Assembly (NCBI GenBank): GCA_002774365.1
Contig: PEYM01000148.1
Span: 692-64,691, forward strand
Direction of reading: 5' to 3'
Origin: Candidatus Saganbacteria bacterium CG08_land_8_20_14_0_20_45_16
Lineage (GTDB): Bacteria > Margulisbacteria > WOR-1 > O2-12-FULL-45-9
Length of the DNA stretch: 64,000 nt
The translations under genes were made by a program, and so were the position numbers. The notes under the pieces are model-generated. The model had not been told where the DNA came from and did not search any database. It was given only the letters and a program-made list of their open reading frames with translations. Positions 27,923-38,003 of the stretch are shown piece after piece (the stretch's first letter is position 1; each line of letters starts with the position of its first letter).

Positions 27923-28847
27923 ACCTAAGCTTTCAATTGTGCTCCCTGTTTGCAACGAAGAGCAGAGCCTGCCTCAGCTTTATCTGCGTTTGGCCGCGGT
28001 GTTAAAAGAGCTTGGTCTTGACTATGAAATTATTTTTATTGATGATGGGAGCCATGATGCCTCCTGGCTTGAGCTGACCAAATTACATCAGACCGATCAC
28101 CGGGTCAAGGTTTTGAGCTTTTCGCGAAATTTTGGCCATATGGCTGCCTTAGCGGCTGGGCTAGACCAGGCTGCGGGTGACGTGGTCATTACTATGGATG
28201 CTGATTTGCAGCACCCGCCTGAGCTTATCCCTCAACTGCTGAATGAGTGGGAGGCTGGGGCAGAGGTGGTAAGTACCTTGCGCCAGGAGAGCCGAAGGGC
28301 TGGCTATTTTAAAAACTTAAGCGCTAGATTTTTTTACTGGTTACTTAATCGGATTGCCAAGATCAATCTGCCGGCCAATGCTGCTGATTTTCGTTTGCTC
28401 GATCGTAAGGTTGTTGAGACCTTAAAAACGATCAAGGAGCGGTCCCGTTTTTTGCGCGGTTTGATCAGTTGGATTGGCTATCAACAGGCTTTTGTGGCTT
28501 ATCAAGCTGAGCCGCGTTTCGCGGGCAAAACTAAATATTCGTTTTCACGCATGTTTTCATTTGCCATAGATGGGATTACGGCTTTCTCTGCCTTTCCTTT
28601 GCGTTTGGCCACTTATCTAGGGTTGTCGATTGCTTTTTTTAGCTTTATTTATATTGTCTATGCTATTTTTGTGAAACTTTTCACTAACAATGCCATGGCT
28701 GGATGGGCTTCGGTCTTGATCGTGGTCCTTTTTATTGGTGGGGTCCAGCTGATCTTCTTAGGGATAATTGGCGAATATTTGAGCCGGGTCTTTGATGAAA
28801 CTAAGGGTAGACCATTTTATATTGTAGCTAAAAAATTGGGATGGTAG
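27912..28847 (+). CDS. GT2 polyprenyl-phosphate sugar transferase (GtrB/CsbB/DPM1-like)
   Basis: 311 aa. GT-A motifs (IVLPVCNEE, IFIDDGSHD, MDADLQHPP) plus two C-terminal TM helices typical of GtrB/ArnC. Confidence 0.8.
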   Translation: MRDKPKLSIVLPVCNEEQSLPQLYLRLAAVLKELGLDYEIIFIDDGSHDASWLELTKLHQTDHRVKVLSFSRNFGHMAALAAGLDQAAGDVVITMDADLQHPPELIPQLLNEWEAGAEVVSTLRQESRRAGYFKNLSARFFYWLLNRIAKINLPANAADFRLLDRKVVETLKTIKERSRFLRGLISWIGYQQAFVAYQAEPRFAGKTKYSFSRMFSFAIDGITAFSAFPLRLATYLGLSIAFFSFIYIVYAIFVKLFTNNAMAGWASVLIVVLFIGGVQLIFLGIIGEYLSRVFDETKGRPFYIVAKKLGW

Positions 28848-31414
28848 CCAAGATGACCGAACCGTCTTTAGCCGGAACAGTTTCAAAGTACCAAGAACTA
28901 GCGAGTAAGATCGTTAGTTTTTTTAAAGGATTAAAATATCCCAAAATTATCTTTGGTTTGCTGATTTTGGCTGTTATTTATTACGTCTTTGTCTTTTCAG
29001 CTTATTCTATTTTGCTTCAGGAAGTATTTTATACTCAAGCCTTTGATTCTGGCATTGATGACCAAGGGATCTGGCTGATCTCGCACTGGCTTAACCCTTT
29101 GGTAACTGTACGGGGGCTTAATATTTTTGGTGACTCCATAACTTTTTACCATATATTCATCGCGCCGTTCTTTTGGCTTTGGAACAATATTAATTTGCTT
29201 TATATTATTCAGAGTATTTTTATTGCCTTGGGCGCGATCCCGCTTTTTGTTTATGCTCGGCAAAAATTAGGAAGCAATTTTTTAAGCTTAGTGGTAGCGG
29301 TCTCTTTTTTGTTATACCCCGCTTTGCAAAACCTAAACCTTGATCAATATCATTCTGAGGCGATCGCGGTCTTTTTTATTGTTTTGACTATCTTTTTTTT
29401 GCTGAAAAAAAACTTCTCCTTGTTTTATGCTTTTTTTATTTTTAGTTTGATTGGTAAGGATGAAATCGCGGTCACTGGCGCGTTTATTGGGCTTTTTTTG
29501 TTGTTATTTGATAAAGAAAAAAGGCATGGTTTAATTATCTTTGGGCTGAGCGTTGGCTGGTACCTGCTGTGTTCCAGGGTGATGATGCCGCTTTTTAATG
29601 GGGTAGGGGTTTTTAGCCACCAGCCGGTAACTTATTCCCACTGGTATCGAGGCTTAATGGACAATCTGTTAAACCCTGGTTTTTACTGGCAAAATTTTCT
29701 GCATCCAGAGAGCCTGGGTTATTATTTAGGGCTTTTCTTGCCTTTGGCTTTTATTCCTTTGCTTAGTCCTAGGCTGATGTTTTTGCTTTTTCCGGCTGTG
29801 GCGGTCAATGTTTTAAGCGGCACCGGGTATTTGCGCTCAATCCATTACCATTATAATTACATTCAAGCTGCAGTGATCTTCTTTGCTTTGATCGAAGGGC
29901 TGGCCCTGATCAAGAACAGTCGTTGGCTTAGGAAAATAGATGGCACTTACAAGGTGGCAGCATTAGGTGTTATTGTCGTAGTTTTTTCCCTGGGTTGTAA
30001 TAATTTGTGGAGTGCCTTGCCGCTCAACCGGCATTTGACCATGTTGACTCAAAAATGGGAGCATTTAAAGTCGCGTGAGATCAGGGTAAAACAAAAAGCA
30101 TTGAGCTTGGTGCCGCCAGGGGTCAAAGTTGCGGCCTCTTATTCCTTGGTCCCGCATTTGACCCATCGCCAAGAGATATATATGTTCCCCAACCCCTTTA
30201 AGTCTGTTTTGTGGGGACAGTGGTTTAAGGAGGGGGAGGGGGCCCCGCCAGCCGAGGGCCATGTTGATTATGTGGTGATCGATTTTACCAATCATGCTAA
30301 AGAAGAAAAAATGATTATTAATTATCTTTGGGCGTCGCCTTATTTTAAGACGGTTTTTCAAGATGGACCGCTTTTGGTGTTGGCCCGGACCAATAATTGC
30401 TTAGCCCAGGAATATGGGGCCAACTATACCCTTTATGACCTGACTAGCCAGGTCAGCTTATTTGATGATTTTGCCAAGGTGCTCAAGGTTAAGAAGCAGG
30501 GCAGGCTGAGCATGTTTTATTTTCCAGATTCTAATTACTATTTGCGCAATCTTTTGGGTGAGGAGATCCTGCTTGTTGACAAAAAGTTTGCCTTGGAGAT
30601 CTCGGGCTATCTTTATTTGCCAGAAACAGCTAACTATATCTTTAGGATAAAAAGTGAGGCGCAAGTTTTACTTGAGATCGACAACCGCTTTGCTGACGCG
30701 GCCTCGGATTCCTTGAATCTACGAGAGGGCTTTCATAAATATAAGATTAAATATATAAATACAGGCCAGCGCTACGACCTAAAGATATCTCTACTTGGGC
30801 CTGATGGCAAGGAAATGATCATTCCTGATAAACATTTGCTGCGCGACTATCAGCCAGCTTTTTTTGCCAAATTTGAGCAAGCTGACCGCCAGCAAAGGGC
30901 GGAGAGAGAAAGTTTCGCGAAAAAACAGACCAATCTTGTTGTTGACGGCGGGTTTGAGGATGTTTTAGGGGACAAGCCAAAAAAATGGCAGCTGGAAAAG
31001 TGGCAAGAGGAGGATTCTCTCTGTTTTTATCAAGTGACTGCTAAAACTAAAGCTGAAGGGAAATTTTCCGCTCTGATCGATCAGCGCCAAGGCTTGGCTG
31101 ATTCCCGCTGGGTTCAAGAGATCGCGGTTGAGCCAGACACGGAGTATGTTTTATCTGGCTGGATCAAGACCCGTGGGGTTTTGAGCAAGGGAGCAGGGGC
31201 ATATATAGCAGCCGAAAATACTAACCTTAAAACTGAGGAGCTTTTTGGCACCAATGATTGGCGCTATTTTGAAGCTAAAGGGAAAACTGGTTATGAGCAA
31301 GAGAAAATTAAATTTACGTGCCGGCTGGGTGATTACGGCCGGCCCAATATTGGCCAAGCATATTTTGATGGGATATCTTTAAAGCGGGTTTTGCCTGATC
31401 AGGGACATTTCTAG
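28841..31414 (+). CDS. DUF2079-family polytopic membrane protein fused to a C-terminal CBM4_9-like carbohydrate-binding domain
   Basis: 857 aa. The N-terminal ~520 aa are multi-TM and DUF2079-like (GIDDQGIWLISHW..., ALGAIPLFVYA). The C-terminal ~170 aa match the CBM4_9 pattern (NLVVDGGFED...W...TEYVLSGWIKT...FDGISLKRV). Confidence 0.55.
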   Translation: MVAKMTEPSLAGTVSKYQELASKIVSFFKGLKYPKIIFGLLILAVIYYVFVFSAYSILLQEVFYTQAFDSGIDDQGIWLISHWLNPLVTVRGLNIFGDSITFYHIFIAPFFWLWNNINLLYIIQSIFIALGAIPLFVYARQKLGSNFLSLVVAVSFLLYPALQNLNLDQYHSEAIAVFFIVLTIFFLLKKNFSLFYAFFIFSLIGKDEIAVTGAFIGLFLLLFDKEKRHGLIIFGLSVGWYLLCSRVMMPLFNGVGVFSHQPVTYSHWYRGLMDNLLNPGFYWQNFLHPESLGYYLGLFLPLAFIPLLSPRLMFLLFPAVAVNVLSGTGYLRSIHYHYNYIQAAVIFFALIEGLALIKNSRWLRKIDGTYKVAALGVIVVVFSLGCNNLWSALPLNRHLTMLTQKWEHLKSREIRVKQKALSLVPPGVKVAASYSLVPHLTHRQEIYMFPNPFKSVLWGQWFKEGEGAPPAEGHVDYVVIDFTNHAKEEKMIINYLWASPYFKTVFQDGPLLVLARTNNCLAQEYGANYTLYDLTSQVSLFDDFAKVLKVKKQGRLSMFYFPDSNYYLRNLLGEEILLVDKKFALEISGYLYLPETANYIFRIKSEAQVLLEIDNRFADAASDSLNLREGFHKYKIKYINTGQRYDLKISLLGPDGKEMIIPDKHLLRDYQPAFFAKFEQADRQQRAERESFAKKQTNLVVDGGFEDVLGDKPKKWQLEKWQEEDSLCFYQVTAKTKAEGKFSALIDQRQGLADSRWVQEIAVEPDTEYVLSGWIKTRGVLSKGAGAYIAAENTNLKTEELFGTNDWRYFEAKGKTGYEQEKIKFTCRLGDYGRPNIGQAYFDGISLKRVLPDQGHF

Positions 31415-31418
31415 ATCG

Positions 31419-32864
31419 ATGAAAGAGAAAACAGGTGGATTAAGCTTTTGGTTTTGTTTCTTTTTTATTTTTCTTTTTGCTTTATTTTTTTTCTTTTCCT
31501 TTGCCCACATCAGTTTGACCGCTTATGAAAGCCTGAGTTTTCCTTTTGCTGAGGATCAGGCGATGTTTCATCAATCTTTTTGGAATTTGACGCATAATGG
31601 TTCACTGGCCATTACAACAGCCTTAAATAATTATAATAATGTTTTTGGCATGCACTTTACCCCGATTTTGTTTTTCCTGGTGCCGATCTATCTTTTGAAT
31701 CAAAGCCCTGTCTCCCTTATATTGATAAGCATTATGAGCTTAGCTTTATCGGGGATTTTTATCTTTTTATCTACCCATAAACTTGCTGACAACCCTTGGC
31801 TAGCGGGAGCTGTGGTTTTTCTCTATTTCACTTATTTGCCGCTGACCTTTTTAGCTTCTCAGGGCTTTCGTTATCTAATCATAGGCCTTTTCTTTTTGTC
31901 TGGGGCTGTCTTTTTTTATCTGAGTAAAAGGTTTTGGCCAATGTTTTTATTTCTGATTTTAACCTGCCTGTGCCGAGAAGATATCTCGTTGGTCGTGATT
32001 GGTTTTTCTCTCTTAGCCTTGTTTGATAAACGCTCAGCTCGCTGGCGGTATTGGCCGGCCATTTTGGGCCTTTCTTATTTTATTCTTGTGGTCTCTTGGA
32101 TAATGCCTAACTTAAATGGTACGGGGGGGCAAGGGGGCTTGGGCTTTGCCGCTTATAGCGCCTTTGGTGATACCCCATTGAAAATCTTAATCTCTATGGT
32201 GACGAATCTCCCATTGCTCTATCAGATGCTGATTATGCCTCATCATTTTATATTTTTTAGCGAGCTTTTCTCGCCACTTTATTATTTGCCGCTGCTCTCT
32301 CCTTGCTGGGTGTTACTTCCCTTTGCTTATTGGCTGATCTTGCTTTTGTCGTCAGTTAGCGCGCATGCCAATGCGCAATATTGGTATGTAGCACCGCTTC
32401 TTCCTTTTATTTTTATTGCCTTAGCAGCAGTGTTAAAGAAGATTTTGGTTTGGGGTGACAGAAGGTGGCGCTTGGGAACATTGGGGGTGAGCCTGATTTT
32501 AGTCTTGCTTATGCACTCGGCTTATCTTGGGCCAGGAGGACGTAGATTATTTAATGGTTTCCACGCAAGATCAAACCATCAGTTAGAGAGAGTGCAGAAG
32601 TTGTTTGACCAAATTCCCAGGGGAGCTTCAGTCATGACCCAGGCCAATTATCTGCCTTATCTCTCGAGTCGTAGGGTCATTGTTCTGCCACGGCCTGATC
32701 CAGCAACTGACTATCTGGTTGTTGATGCCACTGATTTTTGGTGGCCTTTGCCTAAACCAGAAATTGACAAATTCCGCATTGAAATGATTGTCTCTGGCCG
32801 ATATAAATTGTTAGATGAACTTGAAGGGATTTCTCTTTATAAACGACAAGAAGGTAAAGAATGA
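31419..32864 (+). CDS. DUF2079-family polytopic membrane protein (paralog, no lectin domain)
   Basis: 481 aa, multi-TM. Motifs parallel the previous gene (AEDQAMFHQSFWNL...FGMHFTPILF). Confidence 0.5.
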   Translation: MKEKTGGLSFWFCFFFIFLFALFFFFSFAHISLTAYESLSFPFAEDQAMFHQSFWNLTHNGSLAITTALNNYNNVFGMHFTPILFFLVPIYLLNQSPVSLILISIMSLALSGIFIFLSTHKLADNPWLAGAVVFLYFTYLPLTFLASQGFRYLIIGLFFLSGAVFFYLSKRFWPMFLFLILTCLCREDISLVVIGFSLLALFDKRSARWRYWPAILGLSYFILVVSWIMPNLNGTGGQGGLGFAAYSAFGDTPLKILISMVTNLPLLYQMLIMPHHFIFFSELFSPLYYLPLLSPCWVLLPFAYWLILLLSSVSAHANAQYWYVAPLLPFIFIALAAVLKKILVWGDRRWRLGTLGVSLILVLLMHSAYLGPGGRRLFNGFHARSNHQLERVQKLFDQIPRGASVMTQANYLPYLSSRRVIVLPRPDPATDYLVVDATDFWWPLPKPEIDKFRIEMIVSGRYKLLDELEGISLYKRQEGKE

Positions 32865-34621
32865 TAGCAAGGGTAAAAAGCTTTTTTCTAATAGTAGATA
32901 TGCGTTTTCTTGTTTTTTATGGGTTGTTTTTTTTGTTTCCGCACCCCTTGGCTAAAGACATTAATTCAATAGTTTTTCTGAGCTTAACTTATATTTCAGT
33001 AATAATTTTATTTAAGCGATTTACGGATTTGACTAATTTTGAGATTCTGTTTTATGTTTTACTGGCTATTGCTTTTTCTGGGCTTCATCTTCTTCACACC
33101 CAAGAATATGGTCCAACTGGTTTAGAAGAAAATATGAAGCGGGTCATTAATGGACCTTGGCGCTATCGTATTCTGGTTCCAGAGTTGATGAATTTTTGCC
33201 AATGGTTATTTAGAGTAGGGCAAATGGGCCTTAGGGCTGGCTTTCGCTTCTTTTTCCTTTCTCAGGTTTTTTTGACTAGCTATCTCATGCTCAAAAACGT
33301 CTTAAAGGCGAAAAGAGAAGTTTCGTTTTTTCTCCCTTTGCTCTATTTGTTTATGATCCCCTTTTCTTGGTTTCTTTTGTATGAGACTGATTTTCCGGAG
33401 ATTTATTTTTCGACTTTGTTGCTAATAGCGATTGTTTCTGGCCGGCGGCCACTTATCTTTCTCTCTTTTATCCTCGGGCTGCTTAATCGCAACAGTATTA
33501 TCTTTGGCCTCTTTTTCTATTTTTTTTACACTATTTTTTCTCTGCCGTTAAGCTTTGCTGATCTAAAGAAGTTATTAATTGAGAAGCGCAGAGACTTTTA
33601 TTTGATGGGTGGTTTAGTGTTGAGCATACTTGTTTTTAGGGTGGTGACAATTTGGCTTTATGGGGAGACATATTTTTCCGAGGACAAATGGCTAGAGAAT
33701 TTGCGTTATTGGCAATACTATTGGCACACTTTTTGGTCTGGTGCTAATTGGGTTGTCAATTGTTTTTCTGTTGGGGACCGCTGTGTTTCCTCTTTTCCTC
33801 GCTTGCTTTCTTTTGCCGGCGGGATATATTTGCTCTTGTTTTTATTTTGGAAAAAATTGGACAAAAAGTTTGCTTTTTCGTTCTTGGGTGCGGGGATTGT
33901 CTTTGGCTTTTTCTTTTTTAGGTATTGCAACCTTTTTGAGACCAGAGGGGCCTTTGTGCTCCTCCCATATTTTATTTATGCCTTGGGCCAAATGTTTTCT
34001 GGAGAGCAAAGGAATTGGCAGAGCAAGGATTTTTATCGGTTTTTTTGTTTCTTAGTGATTGCAGTTGTAATTGTTACTATCCCTCTTTTGGCTGAGGGGA
34101 TTTTGGTAAATTATAAAGCGGCGCGTACGCCTGTCTTTTCTCAGTTTGACTTTAACAATGGTTCTTTGATCGGTGTTAGGAAAGTTTTAGTGGCAGGTGA
34201 TTTTACGGTTGGCTTAACCAGTCGCGAGTCTGAGCCAGGAGACTGTCTTTTGGTGGCTGGAGCTGGCTGTGGCTATGCGGCAATTAATTTGCCGGTTAAA
34301 TCTAGGACAGAGTATCTTTTGTCTGGAGATTTCAAGACCAAAAATTTGGCTCTCAAGGATAAGAAAGTCGGTTTTGGGGTCTTTTATCTCCTTGAATTTA
34401 AGTACCGCAAATACTTTGCTAATGATGATAACAGTGATGATACGATCTCGCACCAGCATCTAGGTGATTTGCAAGGGACAACCGATTGGCACAGGGTGGA
34501 AGATCGCTTTAGGACAGGCGATGATACCCAGATGGTCAGGATTGCAATCGGTTTTGGTAATCAGGGGTGGGGTTCTGGAGAAATCTGGGCTGATAACATT
34601 ACTTTAAAAGAACTAAAATAG
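32861..34621 (+). CDS. Polytopic membrane protein with a C-terminal CBM4_9-like beta-sandwich domain
   Basis: 586 aa. About 10 TM helices. The C-terminal ~170 aa (TEYLLSGDFKT...GTTDWHRVEDRF...GEIWADNITLKEL) have the same architecture as the 28841 C-terminus. Confidence 0.45.
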   Translation: MIARVKSFFLIVDMRFLVFYGLFFLFPHPLAKDINSIVFLSLTYISVIILFKRFTDLTNFEILFYVLLAIAFSGLHLLHTQEYGPTGLEENMKRVINGPWRYRILVPELMNFCQWLFRVGQMGLRAGFRFFFLSQVFLTSYLMLKNVLKAKREVSFFLPLLYLFMIPFSWFLLYETDFPEIYFSTLLLIAIVSGRRPLIFLSFILGLLNRNSIIFGLFFYFFYTIFSLPLSFADLKKLLIEKRRDFYLMGGLVLSILVFRVVTIWLYGETYFSEDKWLENLRYWQYYWHTFWSGANWVVNCFSVGDRCVSSFPRLLSFAGGIYLLLFLFWKKLDKKFAFSFLGAGIVFGFFFFRYCNLFETRGAFVLLPYFIYALGQMFSGEQRNWQSKDFYRFFCFLVIAVVIVTIPLLAEGILVNYKAARTPVFSQFDFNNGSLIGVRKVLVAGDFTVGLTSRESEPGDCLLVAGAGCGYAAINLPVKSRTEYLLSGDFKTKNLALKDKKVGFGVFYLLEFKYRKYFANDDNSDDTISHQHLGDLQGTTDWHRVEDRFRTGDDTQMVRIAIGFGNQGWGSGEIWADNITLKELK

Positions 34622-34627
34622 GACATT

Positions 34628-35839
34628 ATGCAGGCAAACAAAATCGCAGTGGTGGGGGGCGGGATAAGCGGGCTGGTTACAGCTTACTATCTATTAAAAA
34701 AGGGTTATCAAGTTACCCTCTTTGAAAAAGAAGCAGAGCTTGGTGGTTTAGCCTCTACCTTCCCAGTTAAGGGGACCCGCCTGGAAAAGTTTTACCACCA
34801 CTTTTTTGCCCAAGATACGCTAGCCCTTGAATTGATAGAAGAATTGGGCCTTAAGGATAAATTTTATTGGGCTTTTCCTCGGATGGGCTTTTTTAGCAAG
34901 GGGACAACTTACCCATTTACCACGCCACTAGACCTTTTAGCTTTTCCCCCTCTCTCCTTACCAGAGCGGCTCAAGTTTGGCCTTTTTAGTTTCAAGGTTA
35001 AGCAAGAAACAGATTGGCAGAAACTGGAAACAAAAACAGCTAAGGAGTGGTTGATTGAAAATTTGGGTACAAATATTTATCAAGAGGTTTGGCAGCCGCT
35101 CTTGCGGGCAAAGTTTGCTGAACACGCCGACAAAATCCCTGCTTTTTGGGTTTGGGGGAGGCTCAAAGCAAGAGGAAAATCTCGCTCAGCTTTTGGCTGG
35201 CGGGAAAAACTTGGTTATTTAAAAGGGAGCTATCAAGTCTTAATTGACGCGTTGGCCGCTAAGATTACAGGGCTCGGCGGAGCAATCAAACTCGGCCAAG
35301 AGCTTAAAACCTTTCCCCTCCCTGGCTTTGATCGGACAATTTTGACTATCCCTCAAGTTAGCCAGGACTTTGGTCTTAAATACCTGGGCAATATTTGTTT
35401 GATCATTAAGACCAAACAGCGTTTGTCAAATTATTATTGGCTTAATTTGGCAGATAATAGTATTCCCTTTTGTGTGATTGTTGAGCATAACAATGCTTTT
35501 GATTCCCCGCTTTATCAGGGGGAGCGTTTTCTCTTTCTCTCTAGCTACCTTGACCACCAGAGCGATTTTTGGCAGCTTACCGACCAAGAGCTTTTGACCA
35601 CTTATCTAGCTGGGTTACAGAAGATCTACCCAGCTTTTAAGCGTGAAGCACTCCTTGATTATTATGTTTTTCGAGAAAAGTTTGCGCAACCCTTGCCAAC
35701 TTTGGGCTATTCAAAGAAAGTCCCTCCTTTCAAAATTAACGAAAAACTTTATCTGGTCTCTAATATGCAAATCTATCCAGAAGATCGCGGGATCAATGAT
35801 ACAATTAAATTAATATGCAAATTTATCGAACAGTTCTAA
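34628..35839 (+). CDS. FAD/NAD(P)-binding flavoprotein (amine-oxidase / UDP-galactopyranose-mutase-like)
   Basis: N-terminal dinucleotide fold VVGGGISGLVTAYYL...TLFEKEAELGGLAST. Embedded among glycosyltransferase genes. Confidence 0.6.
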   Translation: MQANKIAVVGGGISGLVTAYYLLKKGYQVTLFEKEAELGGLASTFPVKGTRLEKFYHHFFAQDTLALELIEELGLKDKFYWAFPRMGFFSKGTTYPFTTPLDLLAFPPLSLPERLKFGLFSFKVKQETDWQKLETKTAKEWLIENLGTNIYQEVWQPLLRAKFAEHADKIPAFWVWGRLKARGKSRSAFGWREKLGYLKGSYQVLIDALAAKITGLGGAIKLGQELKTFPLPGFDRTILTIPQVSQDFGLKYLGNICLIIKTKQRLSNYYWLNLADNSIPFCVIVEHNNAFDSPLYQGERFLFLSSYLDHQSDFWQLTDQELLTTYLAGLQKIYPAFKREALLDYYVFREKFAQPLPTLGYSKKVPPFKINEKLYLVSNMQIYPEDRGINDTIKLICKFIEQF

Positions 35840-37251
35840 CTTTAGCCTTAATTTTAGTAGTGCAGGCGGTGCTTTTTCAGCCATATTTAAGCGAGCCGTT
35901 TGAACGCGATGAGGGGGCTTATGCTTACATTGCCCAGCGTCTGTCGTCGGGCGAGCTGCCATATCGAGATAGTTACGATCATAAGCCACCAATGATCTAT
36001 TTTATTTACGCGTCAGTCTTTAAGTTCTTTGGGACCTCAATGGCCGCGATCAGGTCTTTTACCTTGCTTGTTTCGCTGTTAACAACCTTAGCCGTCTTTT
36101 TCTTGGCCTGGCTTATTCTCGGTCGCTTTGGGGCAATTGTTTCTGCTTTGCTTTACGCTTTTTATGCTGGGAATCCTTACATTCAAGGGACTTCTGCTAA
36201 TACTGAGACCTTTATGGTCTTACCAATGGTCCTGTCTTTGGCTTTTTTCTTATTGGCTTTGCGGCGAGAGCAGAAACTCGGCTGGCTCTTTTTAGCTGGT
36301 CTATGTTCTGGCTTAGCCGTGATGATCAAGCAGGTTGCCCTGCTTAATTTTTTGGTTATTCTTGGTTATTACGTTTTTATTTGTCTGCGCCAGCGCAAGG
36401 ATTGGTCAGGGGTTGCGGCGCTACTAATTGGCTTAGCCGTTGTGCCAATGCTGACAGTTGGATATTTTTTCCTTAAGGATGCCTGGTCAGCCTTGCTTCA
36501 TGGCTACCTTTTAGAAAACCTGCTTTATGTCTCGCGCAAGGTTTGGGTCTGGCCGAGGCTTTGGCTGGTGTTACAAGAACTTGGGCTTTTGTGGGGCCTA
36601 TCAGCTCTGGCAATTATGCTTATCTGGTTTAACGAAAAAGAGGATAAATTTAAAATTATTCTAGCTTGGGCCCTGGCCTCGGGTTTAGGGGTTTTTATGG
36701 GACGAGCCTTTTACGGCCACTATTTTATTCAAGTGGTGCCAGCGCTGGCAATTTTAGCGGGCTACAGCCTCTTAAAAATTGCTGGTTCAAATTGGCGCTT
36801 GGTGCTTTTGGCCTTTTTAGCCCTGATCTTTTCCATGGACCTCTTTAGTCGGATCTCTTTTGGCTTATTATCACCTGAACTGATCTCGCAAAAAAAATAT
36901 GGGATCAACAATTTTGTCGTGGCAGGGCAGGTTGCGGAGTTTATCAAGCAAAAAACCCTGCCCAAAGACAGGCTCTTTATTTGGGGGGCAGAGCCCGAGG
37001 TTTATTTTTATAGTCAACGCGCGGCCGCCTCGCACTATATTTATTATTATCCATTACTATACAAAGATAAGAAATCTCAACAAGCCAGGCTTGCTCTGCT
37101 GACAGAATTAAAAGAGGCACCGCCCGAGTATATAATCTGGGTTGAGCCGAGGGTTGTTTATGGTCCACTTTTGAATTATGTTAAAGCTGGTTATAATTAT
37201 CTGGCTAGTTTTGGCCGCTGGCAAATTTGGCGGCGAAAGAGGATTAAGTGA
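35815..37251 (+). CDS. ArnT/PMT-family GT-C glycosyltransferase (GT39/GT83-like)
   Basis: 478 aa. First periplasmic loop has a DEGAY acidic motif and a YDHKPPM motif typical of ArnT/PMT enzymes. About 11 TM helices. Confidence 0.65.
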   Translation: MQIYRTVLTLALILVVQAVLFQPYLSEPFERDEGAYAYIAQRLSSGELPYRDSYDHKPPMIYFIYASVFKFFGTSMAAIRSFTLLVSLLTTLAVFFLAWLILGRFGAIVSALLYAFYAGNPYIQGTSANTETFMVLPMVLSLAFFLLALRREQKLGWLFLAGLCSGLAVMIKQVALLNFLVILGYYVFICLRQRKDWSGVAALLIGLAVVPMLTVGYFFLKDAWSALLHGYLLENLLYVSRKVWVWPRLWLVLQELGLLWGLSALAIMLIWFNEKEDKFKIILAWALASGLGVFMGRAFYGHYFIQVVPALAILAGYSLLKIAGSNWRLVLLAFLALIFSMDLFSRISFGLLSPELISQKKYGINNFVVAGQVAEFIKQKTLPKDRLFIWGAEPEVYFYSQRAAASHYIYYYPLLYKDKKSQQARLALLTELKEAPPEYIIWVEPRVVYGPLLNYVKAGYNYLASFGRWQIWRRKRIK

Positions 37252-37991
37252 ACAAAACGATCGTGGTCATGCCGGCGTACAATGCGGCCAAGACCTTGGC
37301 TAAGACCTTTCAGGACATCCCCAAAGACAAGGTCGCTGAAATTATTTTGGGCGATGATTGCTCAGAGGACCAAACTATCTTGATCGCCCAATCATTGGGG
37401 CTTGAGGTCCTTAAGACCCCGTGCAATCTTGGCTACGGCGGCAACCAAAAAATGCTTTACCAAGAGGCGCTGCGACGCGGGGCCACCATTGTGGTCCTGC
37501 TTCACCCAGATTGGCAATATGACGCTACCAAAATTCCTGAGCTGATCGCACCGATTGCGGCTGGCGAAAAAGATGTTATGTTAGGTTCAAGGATACTTGG
37601 CGGCCGGGCCGGCACGCTAGCTGGCGGCATGCCGCTTTATAAGTACCTGTCCAATCGTTTTCTGACCTTGGTCGAGAATATGACCTTTAACTTCTCTTTG
37701 TCTGAGCTGCATACTGGCTTTCGCGCTTTTAGTGCTCCGGTGCTAAAAAAGGTCAGCTATGAGCTTAATTCCAATGACTTTGTTTTTGATTCTGAGATGT
37801 TAGCCCAGATTGCCGTTCAAAAATTTAGGGTGGGAGAGGTGCCTGTGCCGTGCCGTTATTTTCCAGAAGCTTCAGAAATTAATTTTTGGCGCAGTAGTTG
37901 TTATGGTCTCCAGACCTTGCTGGTCTGTCTGAAGTTCATGTTGCATAAGCTAAAAATAAAAGAGTTGGAGCAATTCATTGCAAAGTGTTAA
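37248..37991 (+). CDS. GT2 glycosyltransferase (dolichyl/polyprenyl-phosphate sugar synthase-like, soluble)
   Basis: 247 aa. GT-A motifs VVMPAYNAAKTL, ILGDDCSED and a DxD-like LHPDWQYD. No TM segments. Confidence 0.8.
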   Translation: MNKTIVVMPAYNAAKTLAKTFQDIPKDKVAEIILGDDCSEDQTILIAQSLGLEVLKTPCNLGYGGNQKMLYQEALRRGATIVVLLHPDWQYDATKIPELIAPIAAGEKDVMLGSRILGGRAGTLAGGMPLYKYLSNRFLTLVENMTFNFSLSELHTGFRAFSAPVLKKVSYELNSNDFVFDSEMLAQIAVQKFRVGEVPVPCRYFPEASEINFWRSSCYGLQTLLVCLKFMLHKLKIKELEQFIAKC

Positions 37992-38003
37992 AATAAAGCG
38001 CAA

